A stretch of DNA of 35,985 nucleotides from Archangiaceae bacterium (GTDB taxonomy: Bacteria; Myxococcota; Myxococcia; Myxococcales; Myxococcaceae). The DNA lies in contig JAYVCD010000382.1 of the NCBI GenBank assembly GCA_043750125.1, positions 1 through 35,985 of the forward strand, read 5' to 3'. Made by a program: the position numbers and the translations under genes. Below, one piece after another: positions 1 to 7,620 of this stretch (position 1 is the first letter of the stretch; every line of letters begins with the position of its first letter). The notes beneath the pieces were generated by a model. It saw nothing but the letters and a program-made list of their open reading frames with translations, had not been told where the DNA came from and ran no database searches.

Positions 1-265
1 AGAGCGGCGAAGCGGCAGCCCGCGTGGCCGCCGCTCCGCCACCCTTCCTCCTCAAACCGTCCGCGCGTCCCCCCGGTCACGCGTTGCGTGAGTCCCGACC
101 CCTCGCGCCCTCCCCCGCGCCCTCCCCCTTCCAACGGTGCGCTCACGCCCGCACTTCAAGCTCATGTCCGTCGCCTTCACGCGGTCCGAAAAGACGTCTG
201 CCCCACTGGACCCCGCCCCCTTTGCTTGCCCGCATTCCCAGGCAGCCACTTCGGCGCGGCCCCCC

Positions 266-318
266 CCCAAGCACCTGGTGCTCCCAGCACGGCGTGCTTC
301 AGGCACCGGGTGCTTGGG
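266..318. repeat. Three tandem palindromes (A/G)GCAC-N3-GTGCT with 16-bp period, inside a 10-bp inverted repeat
   Basis: AGCACCTGGTGCT at 270-282, AGCACGGCGTGCT at 286-298 and GGCACCGGGTGCT at 302-314. Outer arms are CCCAAGCACC (266-275) and GGTGCTTGGG (309-318). Confidence 0.8.
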
Positions 319-371
319 CCGTTGCGAACGAGCGGCCCGTCGACCCAAGGCCGGCCGTGACCTGCGCCCGC

Positions 372-1136
372 TTACGGAACAGCAGGAGTGGCTCCGGTCG
401 GAGTTTCCGTCCAACCCAACTTCTTCAATTCCTCGAGGCAGTGCTCTTCGAGTCGCCACCACGCGGCGTCGACAATCTCACTGGCGAGAGCCGAGTCTTG
501 ATTCGTTACCGCTTCCAACAGGGCCCAGTATTCGTCGACCCCCATCAACGGGTCGCAACCCGCAAACAACAGCTCAGAAACAAACAGTGAGCTCATCGAG
601 TTGATGATTGCAGTGTGAGTGATGCAGCCTGAGGCCGCGGCCAGGATCCGAGTCACCTGCAGCTCGCATTCACCCACCTCCTTCCTAGACGTCTTCATCA
701 CCACCCGGTCGGCCAACAACCGCACCAGGTGGCGCAGCCACTCGAGCTGCGTCTCGTCCCGGTGGCGCGCGGCGCGATCCACCGTTTCCTTCAGCATGAA
801 CCTGAGGAAACCGCAGACCTGGGCCACGAGGTTCCATTTGCGCATCGGTTCGTCGCACGCCTCGTCGATCACATTCAGAAGCACCTTCAAATCCATCGAC
901 GACTGCAGCTCGACGAACCGCTTGCCTTCACCGGCGACCACCGCCAGCAGTCCGCGCACAACCAACCGCCCCACCGCGCTGCGCACCGTTTGATACGCGA
1001 CGCCAAAGCTCGCGCAGAGCCTGTCGACCGACGGCAGCTGCTCATTGGCCCGATAGCGTCCGCTGAGAATCCCGTGGAGCAACTCGCGTTCGACCTTGTC
1101 CACGGCGAAATCTGACTTCAGTTCCTTTCGGTTCAT
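372..1136 (-). CDS. GntR/FadR-family transcriptional regulator
   Basis: N-terminal winged HTH (ILSGRY..NEQLPSVDRLCASFGVAYQTVRSAVGRLVVRGLL) and a helical FCD-like C-terminus. Start overlaps the comM stop (ATGA). Confidence 0.85.
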   Translation of the reverse strand: MNRKELKSDFAVDKVERELLHGILSGRYRANEQLPSVDRLCASFGVAYQTVRSAVGRLVVRGLLAVVAGEGKRFVELQSSMDLKVLLNVIDEACDEPMRKWNLVAQVCGFLRFMLKETVDRAARHRDETQLEWLRHLVRLLADRVVMKTSRKEVGECELQVTRILAAASGCITHTAIINSMSSLFVSELLFAGCDPLMGVDEYWALLEAVTNQDSALASEIVDAAWWRLEEHCLEELKKLGWTETPTGATPAVP

Positions 1137-2752
1137 TTGCCACCCCCTGGCATTGCCTGCGGAAGAATGAGTTTGTTCAATTTTTGATCAGTGACTGTCT
1201 TCGAAACCTTGCCGGTCGCGACCCACGCCCGCCGGTCGACGACCCGGCAGTTGATTGCGAACTGCATGTCCTCGTCGGTGATCCGCTCGTGCTCCTGAAG
1301 GTCGGCGCGGGTGCGCGCCAGCTTCCGGATCTTGTCGTGGGCCCGCGCCGACAGCCCGAACAGGGTGACCGCCCGCTCGAGCTGCGCCTGCGCACCCGCG
1401 CTCATTCCGCAATGCAGGATCAGGTGGGCATGGGTCATCTGCGCGTTGCACCGCACCGTGGGGTGAGCGCGAAACCGCTGGCGCTGTCGTTCGCGCGCAG
1501 CCTCGACCCGGTCGCGGAACCAGGACGAGGGCCGTTCCAGACCGTCGGCGGCAGAGAGCGCCTTCACTTCGACCGGCCGCGTCTCGAGCGTGATGTCGAT
1601 GCGGTCCAGCAGCGGCCCGCTGATCCGCGCGTGGTACTCGGCGACCCGTTGAGGAAGGCACACGCAAACCCGATCCGGCACGTTGTGGTATCCGCACGGA
1701 CACGGGTTCATCGCCGCCACCATCATCAACTGGCAGGGGTATTCGACGTTCAGGTTCGCCCGCGCCAGACGGACCACCCCTTCTTCCAGCGGCTGTCGCA
1801 GCACCTCGAGCACGTTCTTGCGAAACTCGGGCAGCTCGTCGAGAAAGAGCACCCCATGGTGCGCCATCGACAGCTCGCCCGGCCTCGACAGCGGTCCTCC
1901 TCCGACCAGCCCAGCGTCTGAAATCGTATGATGCGGCGAACGAAAAGGCCGGTCACTGACCAGCTGCCCTTCTTTCAGCAGCCCCAGCACCGAGTAGATC
2001 TTCGTCACCTCGAGCGCTTCCTGAAATTCCAGCCGAGGAAGAATGGTCGGCAGCCTGCGGGCGAGCATCGTCTTGCCCGAGCCTGGAGGACCACACAGCA
2101 GGATGTTGTGGCCCCCCGCCGCGGCGAGCTCGACGGCGTCCTTCACCTCTGCCTGCCCCCGCACTTCCTTCATGTCGATGCTCTGACCTTCCGGAATGAA
2201 GCTCTGGGTCTGGGAAATCGCCGAATAGGGAGCGATCAGCTTTTCCCCCGTCAAATGCATCACCGCTTCCCGAATGTCCCTCACCGCGATGACCTCGACC
2301 CGGTCGACCAGCGCGGCCTCGGCGGCGTTCGCCAGCGGAACCATCACCCCCCGAAAGCCCTTGTCTCGGGCCGCCAGGGCCAACGGAAGCACTCCGCGAA
2401 TCGGGCGGACACTGCCGTCCAGCGACAGCTCTCCGCCGAACAGGTAGTGCTCGAGAGGCTCGGACGGAATCAGCTGCGCCGCTGCCAGAATTCCCAGGGC
2501 CAGGGGCAGCTCGAAGACCGCCCCGTCTTTTCTGATGTCCGCGGGGGCCAGGTTCACCGTCACCCGCTTCTGCGGCAGAGTGAAGCCACAGTTGCGCAGC
2601 GCGCTCGCCACCCTCACTTTGCTCTCGCTGGCGGCTCCTTCGGCCAGGCCCACCACGTTGGTGAAGGGCATTCCCAAAGACATGTCGACTTCGACCTCGA
2701 CCACCACCGCCTGCACGCCGATCAGCGCCCCCGACCTCACCCTCGCCAACAT
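1133..2752 (-). CDS. comM: YifB/ComM-family Mg-chelatase-like AAA+ ATPase
   Basis: N-terminal VNLAPADIRKDG, Walker A GPPGSGKT, FRSPHHTIS, Walker B VLFLDE, AAMNPCPCG, SGPLLDRID. RBS GGGGGAG upstream. Confidence 0.95.
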   Translation of the reverse strand: MLARVRSGALIGVQAVVVEVEVDMSLGMPFTNVVGLAEGAASESKVRVASALRNCGFTLPQKRVTVNLAPADIRKDGAVFELPLALGILAAAQLIPSEPLEHYLFGGELSLDGSVRPIRGVLPLALAARDKGFRGVMVPLANAAEAALVDRVEVIAVRDIREAVMHLTGEKLIAPYSAISQTQSFIPEGQSIDMKEVRGQAEVKDAVELAAAGGHNILLCGPPGSGKTMLARRLPTILPRLEFQEALEVTKIYSVLGLLKEGQLVSDRPFRSPHHTISDAGLVGGGPLSRPGELSMAHHGVLFLDELPEFRKNVLEVLRQPLEEGVVRLARANLNVEYPCQLMMVAAMNPCPCGYHNVPDRVCVCLPQRVAEYHARISGPLLDRIDITLETRPVEVKALSAADGLERPSSWFRDRVEAARERQRQRFRAHPTVRCNAQMTHAHLILHCGMSAGAQAQLERAVTLFGLSARAHDKIRKLARTRADLQEHERITDEDMQFAINCRVVDRRAWVATGKVSKTVTDQKLNKLILPQAMPGGGK

Positions 2753-2790
2753 CTGTCTGCTCCCCCGTGTTGTTCGACGCGAAGCTCTTG

Positions 2791-2806
2791 AGCAACCCCC
2801 GTGCCC
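2791..2806 (-). promoter_or_regulatory. Putative sigma54 (-24/-12) promoter of comM-gntR
   Basis: Minus strand reads gGGCACGggggTTGCT against consensus TGGCACG-N4-TTGC(A/T). The GG-N10-GC spacing is exact and the site lies ~40 bp upstream of the comM ATG. Confidence 0.7.
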
Positions 2807-2905
2807 CGCCGCCCAAAGCGCGTGCTCTCAGAGGAGAACCTCAACCCTCGAGGCCGCTGCTGCACCCGGCGAGACGCAGACTGGAGTCCACGTGCTCCAC
2901 CTTTT

Positions 2906-3586
2906 TTGGACTCCGCCCCCTCGCCGCCTACCCTCGCTCGCCCGCTGCCCAGCCCAAAACCGCGAAAGCCGATCACCGTCCGTCACGCCGACCACAAACG
3001 CGATTTCAAACGCCGGTTCCTGTTCGGGCTCTTTCGCTTTTTCCTCTACGCGGGGTTGGGATTCGCCGCCGAGGTCGGCTTCTACAACCTGGTCAAGCTC
3101 GGCCGCAGAATCCCCGGAGTGGGCACGCTCTTCTTGTTCAGCTGGAAGGTCGACCCCCACCTTCACCTCGACGCGGTCTGGGATGTTCCTTTGAGAACTC
3201 TCTTCGGGCAGCGCAGCTTGTGGATGGCGCTGGTCTACGCGGGGGCTTCGATGTTCTTCATCGAGCCCATCTACCGCAACACCCCGCGCCTGAACGTCGC
3301 GGTGCGTGCGCTCTTCTACGGAGCAGCAATTCTATTCTGGGAGGCCGTCACCGGCTGGCTGCTGTTCTGGACCACCGGCTACAAAATCTGGTTCTACGAC
3401 GATGCCTGGAACATCGTCGGAATGACCTCGCTGTTGATTGCTCCCCTCTGGTGCGCGACCGGACTTCTGGTCGAGCGCGTCTACCGAGAGCTGATGGATC
3501 CTGATCTCGTTGCCGCGCTCGAGTCCCCCCTGCCCCAGAACGCCGAAAATCCCCTCGAGCGAAGCGGACTTCCTGATTCGGATTAA
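2906..3586 (+). CDS. Integral membrane protein, TMEM229/CmpB-like (putative ABC-type IV permease family); start uncertain
   Basis: Several hydrophobic segments with the pattern RFFLYAGLGFAAEV..GQRSLWMALVY..RALFY..WEAVTGWLL..WFY..WNIVG..APLW. The ORF is open from 2801. In-frame TTG 2906 was chosen because no clear ATG or RBS is visible. Confidence 0.65.
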   Translation: MDSAPSPPTLARPLPSPKPRKPITVRHADHKRDFKRRFLFGLFRFFLYAGLGFAAEVGFYNLVKLGRRIPGVGTLFLFSWKVDPHLHLDAVWDVPLRTLFGQRSLWMALVYAGASMFFIEPIYRNTPRLNVAVRALFYGAAILFWEAVTGWLLFWTTGYKIWFYDDAWNIVGMTSLLIAPLWCATGLLVERVYRELMDPDLVAALESPLPQNAENPLERSGLPDSD

Positions 3587-4135
3587 ACCGGCTGCGGGGT
3601 GGGACCCCAGACGACGCGGTAGGTGCACTCGTGCCCGTCGTAATCGACCACGTCGACCTTCACATTCGGTGCGCCCGCCGCGCGAATCGCCGCGAAGACG
3701 ATGCCCGCGGTGAAGTCCGGAAAGGCGCCCACCTCGTTCATCCACAGCTCGATGTGGGTCGGCGACTTTTCGACGATTCGCGACTCGGTGTAGTTGTTTC
3801 CGGATCTGAAGTTCTGCGTCGAGCGCAGCAGTGTGCGCCGCGGGCCGAGCACCCGCACCATTCCGAGCACGGCCCGCCCGAGGAACGTTTCCTTGTAGAC
3901 GTCGATCATCAGCTCGCCGAGCCGGAACTGGCCTTCGTTCGGAGGGGAAGCCGAGAACACTTCCTCGCCCGCGATTTTTCAGGCAGCTCATCCACGTCGC
4001 AAACGGGTACGCCGGCAGCAGCTTGCGATCGAGATCCAGCCCCGCCTCTCTCAACCGCATCCTGCCGTGGGGGGAGACCTTGTTGTGGAGCCCACGCAGG
4101 AACAACCCTTCGATCGTCTGCTCGAAGAGTGGCCG
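3583..4135 (-). pseudogene. DUF2378 (Myxococcales-restricted) gene, frameshifted and lacking an obvious start codon
   Basis: One frame reads RPLFEQTIEGLFLRGL..LREAGLDLDRKLLPAYPFATWMSCLK. Removing one base from the T5 run at 3975-3979 continues IAGEEVFSASPP..LGRAVLGMVRVLGPRRTL..NFRSGNNY..LWMNEVG..CTYRVVW. The restored product is ~183 codons. Confidence 0.8.
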
Positions 4136-4861
4136 CTACTCGGACGGAAGGGCAAACGGAATCTTGAAAATATATTCGACTTCGATCGGCTTCCCGTCGA
4201 GCAGCGCGGGGGTGTAGCGCCTTCGAACCAGCGCCTCGAGCACGGTGCGTTCGAGAAAGGGCAACGTCTTGAGGACCCGGCATTCCTTCACCTGCCCTTC
4301 GACCGTTACCACGCACTTCACCAGCATCGTCCCTTGAATTTCGCGGTCGATCGCCTGCTGCGAGTACTCGGGGTCAGGGCCCGAGAGTTTACGGGGGGGC
4401 GTCATCTTGTCGTTGAAGGCCACTCGGGGCTGCACCTGCCCACCCAACACGGTGCCCGTCCCACCGACCACCCCGCCGACCTGCCCACCGACGACTCCCC
4501 CCACCACGCCGCCTTCCACTCCACCTTCGACTCCGTTGTCTTCGGGTTCGTCGGCAGCGGGCTCTTCTTTGGGCGTCTCTTTGGGAATCTCTTTCGGCGG
4601 GATGATGACGTTCTTCTGCGTCTCGCGCTTGACCGTGTGGGTCTCGGTCTTGTGCGAAGCCGGAGGAGGAGGCGGTGGCGGAGGGGGCGGAGGCGGCGCC
4701 TTCACGAACACCACCGCCACCTGGTCTTTCTCGACCGTCTTCTTCAGCTCGGTCAGCCGCCAGACCACCAGCAACACCGCCGCATGAACCAACACAGACA
4801 GCGCGACACCTGCGCGCCAGCGCGTCGGGACCTGTTCGCGATGGAGAACCGCATTAAACAT
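4136..4861 (-). CDS. tonB: Energy transducer TonB
   Basis: TM helix with SVLVH (SxxxH), poly-Pro linker, GVEGGVEGGVVGG repeat, and TonB_C domain (PEYSQQAIDREIQG..YTPALLDGKPI). Confidence 0.92.
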   Translation of the reverse strand: MFNAVLHREQVPTRWRAGVALSVLVHAAVLLVVWRLTELKKTVEKDQVAVVFVKAPPPPPPPPPPPPASHKTETHTVKRETQKNVIIPPKEIPKETPKEEPAADEPEDNGVEGGVEGGVVGGVVGGQVGGVVGGTGTVLGGQVQPRVAFNDKMTPPRKLSGPDPEYSQQAIDREIQGTMLVKCVVTVEGQVKECRVLKTLPFLERTVLEALVRRRYTPALLDGKPIEVEYIFKIPFALPSE

Positions 4862-4897
4862 CCACGACCCTCGAGCTGCGCAAAGAGACTGTCTTGG

Positions 4898-6502
4898 CTA
4901 GCGGTGCACGCCAATCAAGACAACTGCGTACACGGCATTCTTCCCGAAAGCGGGATGCACACCCTGGGCGACACCCACCCCGACCCGCTGACCCTTCCCC
5001 GTCACTGCAGATTCGTCGGCAATGGTCAGTGGATCCAACCTGACTCCGGACAGAACGTTGACCGACAGAAACGTCTTGTAGAGCGGGGTGAGGAACGCAT
5101 TGCTTTTCTCATTGCTCAAAGTGCCGCCCGACGCGGCCAGCGCAGCGGCATATTGGGTGGCAGCGGCCTCGAGCGAAGGGTCCTTCGCAAACGCCGGCAG
5201 GTGAGCGGCCAGACGCTTGTCCACAATGCGTTGGCTCAGGTCGCGCTGAACGGCGACGGGGTCCAGAGCGGTCAGCTGTCGGATGAAGAGCTCAACCACA
5301 AACACGCTCGAACGTTCGCCGGGGTCCTTCCCTTGAACCACCCCGATGCCGACATGGGTGACTTCAGGATTCATGAAGTTCGCCCTCAAAGGAGGACTCA
5401 TCGAAAATTCTCGCTGAGCGTCCTCGGTGGTCAGCGCCTGTCCCGGGTTCACCAGAACCAGCGGAGACATCAGCTCGGCTTTCTGCAGCAGCGGCAGCGG
5501 GTCCAGAGGGGTGGTGACGCCGCCCTTGAGCGAATCGTCGCGCAGACCTTCGGCAACGGTCCGAGCCACTGCTGCCAGCGCCTCTTCCCACTGAAGCGGG
5601 GCCAGACCCACCGCGACGCGTTCTGCGTTGATTTGCTCGAGCACTTTCTTTCCGTGCTCAGCAAGCTGGGCCGGCCACTGACCTGCCACCGGCAAAGCCA
5701 GCGCGAGCGGGACGGGCGCACCGCACTGCACCGGGAAACCCAGCACGGTGCGGTTTTGACCGTCCTGGTCGCTTCGAACCTCGACCTGAATTCGCCCCGG
5801 CTTGTCGCCGCAGTGCAGGTCGGCGTGAAATTCCCCACCGGGCGCGATCGGCGATTGCTCGAGGCGACCTTGAGCATCTGAAACCAGAACCTGGCCTGTC
5901 CCCTTCGACAGCACGCGACCCTTCAGCGGCGCTACCGCGGCCAGTGCCAGATGTTGGGGAACGGGGGCAAACTCGGTCAGCACTTCCTGCATGAACAGCA
6001 CGACCTTCGTCGACTTCTTGCCCAGCCGAAGGGTGGCCACTCCAAAACGGGGCTGAGTCGCCTTCTTCGCGAAGGCTCCCAAAACCTCGTTCAACAACGG
6101 AGCCATCTCGGCGAGCTCTTCGGTCGGCAAGTTCAGGATGACCGCCCGCGGCTTTGGAGGCGAGGGCAACCCGAAATGCCAGGCGACAAAGTCGACGACG
6201 TTCGCAGACAAGGTCTCAGGCTTTTCCCAACCGAGCAGCGATTCCGCTGCCGCACAAAGCTGACCGTCTGCAACCACCGGCAGCGCCCCAGCGGGACGCT
6301 GCTCGGCGAGATCATTGAGGAGCAGGCGAATCAGCCCCGGAGAGCGACATTCAAACACCGGGTTGGGCCCAAACATCTCTGAGGGGGCCCGTTCCGGGGT
6401 GAATGAATCAGAGCTGATTTTCCCAGGCGAACCCTGGCTCGCTTTGAGCTGTGCACAGCCTGCAACCAGCAGCAAAGTCAGACCCAACCCCAGCGTCTTC
6501 AT
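4898..6502 (-). CDS. Lipoprotein with multiple degenerate CAP (SCP-like) domains
   Basis: Start ATG 6502 (MKTLGLGLTLLLVAG-C lipobox, AGGA RBS). CAP motifs INAERVAVGLAPLQWEEALAAVAR and SPPLRANFMNPEVTHVGIGVV. A further CAP-like unit sits at the C-terminus. Confidence 0.75.
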   Translation of the reverse strand: MKTLGLGLTLLLVAGCAQLKASQGSPGKISSDSFTPERAPSEMFGPNPVFECRSPGLIRLLLNDLAEQRPAGALPVVADGQLCAAAESLLGWEKPETLSANVVDFVAWHFGLPSPPKPRAVILNLPTEELAEMAPLLNEVLGAFAKKATQPRFGVATLRLGKKSTKVVLFMQEVLTEFAPVPQHLALAAVAPLKGRVLSKGTGQVLVSDAQGRLEQSPIAPGGEFHADLHCGDKPGRIQVEVRSDQDGQNRTVLGFPVQCGAPVPLALALPVAGQWPAQLAEHGKKVLEQINAERVAVGLAPLQWEEALAAVARTVAEGLRDDSLKGGVTTPLDPLPLLQKAELMSPLVLVNPGQALTTEDAQREFSMSPPLRANFMNPEVTHVGIGVVQGKDPGERSSVFVVELFIRQLTALDPVAVQRDLSQRIVDKRLAAHLPAFAKDPSLEAAATQYAAALAASGGTLSNEKSNAFLTPLYKTFLSVNVLSGVRLDPLTIADESAVTGKGQRVGVGVAQGVHPAFGKNAVYAVVLIGVHR

Positions 6503-6515
6503 TGCCTTGTCCTGC

Positions 6516-7580
6516 CTAGCGGGACGAACGCCGCCGCAGCCAGAGGGCCAGACCGCTGAGCAGCAGGGGCAATGCCGCGAGCCCCTCGCCACCGACGGCC
6601 GAACACGAGCTGGCATTGGCAGGACCCTTCACGAGGCTGGTGGTTGCGGGTGAAAGGTTGTCGCCGGCACGGATGCCCGGGTTCCCGCCGTACTCAATGT
6701 TGTAATTGAAGACCACCGCCGACTGGATGATGGATTCCTTGCCGGTTTTCGCAGTGCCACCGTCCGGAATGACAGCCCCGCCCGTCAGCTCGAGGACTTT
6801 CTCCGACGCTGTGAAGGTGATCGTCTTGCCGACGGGCAACACCGTCGACAGCACGCACGCTCCGTCCATCCACGGAGTGCAGTCGCCCGCGCCACTGACG
6901 AACTCCAGACCCGCGCCCGGGCTGGTATCGAGGTTCAGACTGTCGGCCGGTACGGCACAGGGACCATTGTTGGTCACGGTGCCCTGGTAGGTGGCGGTGG
7001 CTCCGGGAAGGAGCAGGTCCGTCGGCTGACCGCCATCGCTCAGTGGCGTGGCCGGCCCGGAAGCCGTGCCCGTGACGTCGGCGAGGGGAACCGTCACGTC
7101 GGCCAGCGTCGACGTGTTGTTGGCCGGGTTGGGATCCGTCTCGGTCGCGGAAACAGTGGCCGCCAGAGAAAGGTTGGTGGGGCAAACCGCCGGCAGAACG
7201 TCCGGGGCCGGCCAGCTCAGCTTGAAGGTGAACTTGGCATTGGCACCACTGGCGAGGCCGTCGCGAATGGTGCAGGGAAGGCCGCCACCGTCGGGGTTGT
7301 CACAGCGCGGACGGCCTCCGTCGGGCGCATCGGGGTCACGAACGAACTTGGTCCCGGTCGGGAGCACCGCGTTCACCTGCACGTTGCTGGCAGTGCCGGG
7401 GCCCGTGTTGGTCACCGTCACTCCGAACAGACCGGAGCCTCCGATGGACAACTGAGGACTGGCGCCGCCATCGAATGCACCCACCCTCACCGACAGATCA
7501 GCCACCTGAGCGGTGACAGGCATTGCGTAGAACACGCACAGTGATGCCAGAATTGTCGCTGCCCGCTGTACTGGAAACAT
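6516..7580 (-). CDS. Surface protein with DUF11-like Ig domains and a MYXO-CTERM-type sorting signal
   Basis: ATG 7580 with GAGGAG RBS and a signal peptide. ADLSV..VTVTNTGPGTASNVQV..ETDPNPANNTS, with a second unit VTNNGP. The tail SSCSAVGGEGLAALPLLLSGLALWLRRRSSR has Cys, TM helix and basic end. Confidence 0.8.
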   Translation of the reverse strand: MFPVQRAATILASLCVFYAMPVTAQVADLSVRVGAFDGGASPQLSIGGSGLFGVTVTNTGPGTASNVQVNAVLPTGTKFVRDPDAPDGGRPRCDNPDGGGLPCTIRDGLASGANAKFTFKLSWPAPDVLPAVCPTNLSLAATVSATETDPNPANNTSTLADVTVPLADVTGTASGPATPLSDGGQPTDLLLPGATATYQGTVTNNGPCAVPADSLNLDTSPGAGLEFVSGAGDCTPWMDGACVLSTVLPVGKTITFTASEKVLELTGGAVIPDGGTAKTGKESIIQSAVVFNYNIEYGGNPGIRAGDNLSPATTSLVKGPANASSCSAVGGEGLAALPLLLSGLALWLRRRSSR

Positions 7581-7620
7581 GTGTGGTGCTCCTCTCAAGA
7601 ATTTCCGCAACGAAGTGGGC

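Noticed and set aside
77-91. Palindrome TCACGC-N3-GCGTGA
   Set aside because: Single 6-bp-arm palindrome in GC-rich DNA; could be chance, and its target gene would be outside the window.
266-318. Possible mini-CRISPR
   Set aside because: Units are 13 bp with 3-bp gaps, so there are no spacers, and no cas genes are present.
24-604. Short Pro/Arg-rich ORFs at the window start
   Set aside because: Low-complexity translations overlapping gntR and the palindromic region, with no RBS or motif support.
1133-2752. comM as an integration site of a mobile element
   Set aside because: The gene is uninterrupted, and no integrase or att-like duplication is visible.
4460-4700. GGV and poly-Pro repeats as separate repeat elements
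   Set aside because: These are ordinary low-complexity linker sequences within TonB.
4067-5881. 604-aa plus-strand ORF, and similar long ORFs at 10977, 12245, 21602, 26285 and 30853
   Set aside because: Each lies antisense to a well-supported gene and shows no domain signatures.
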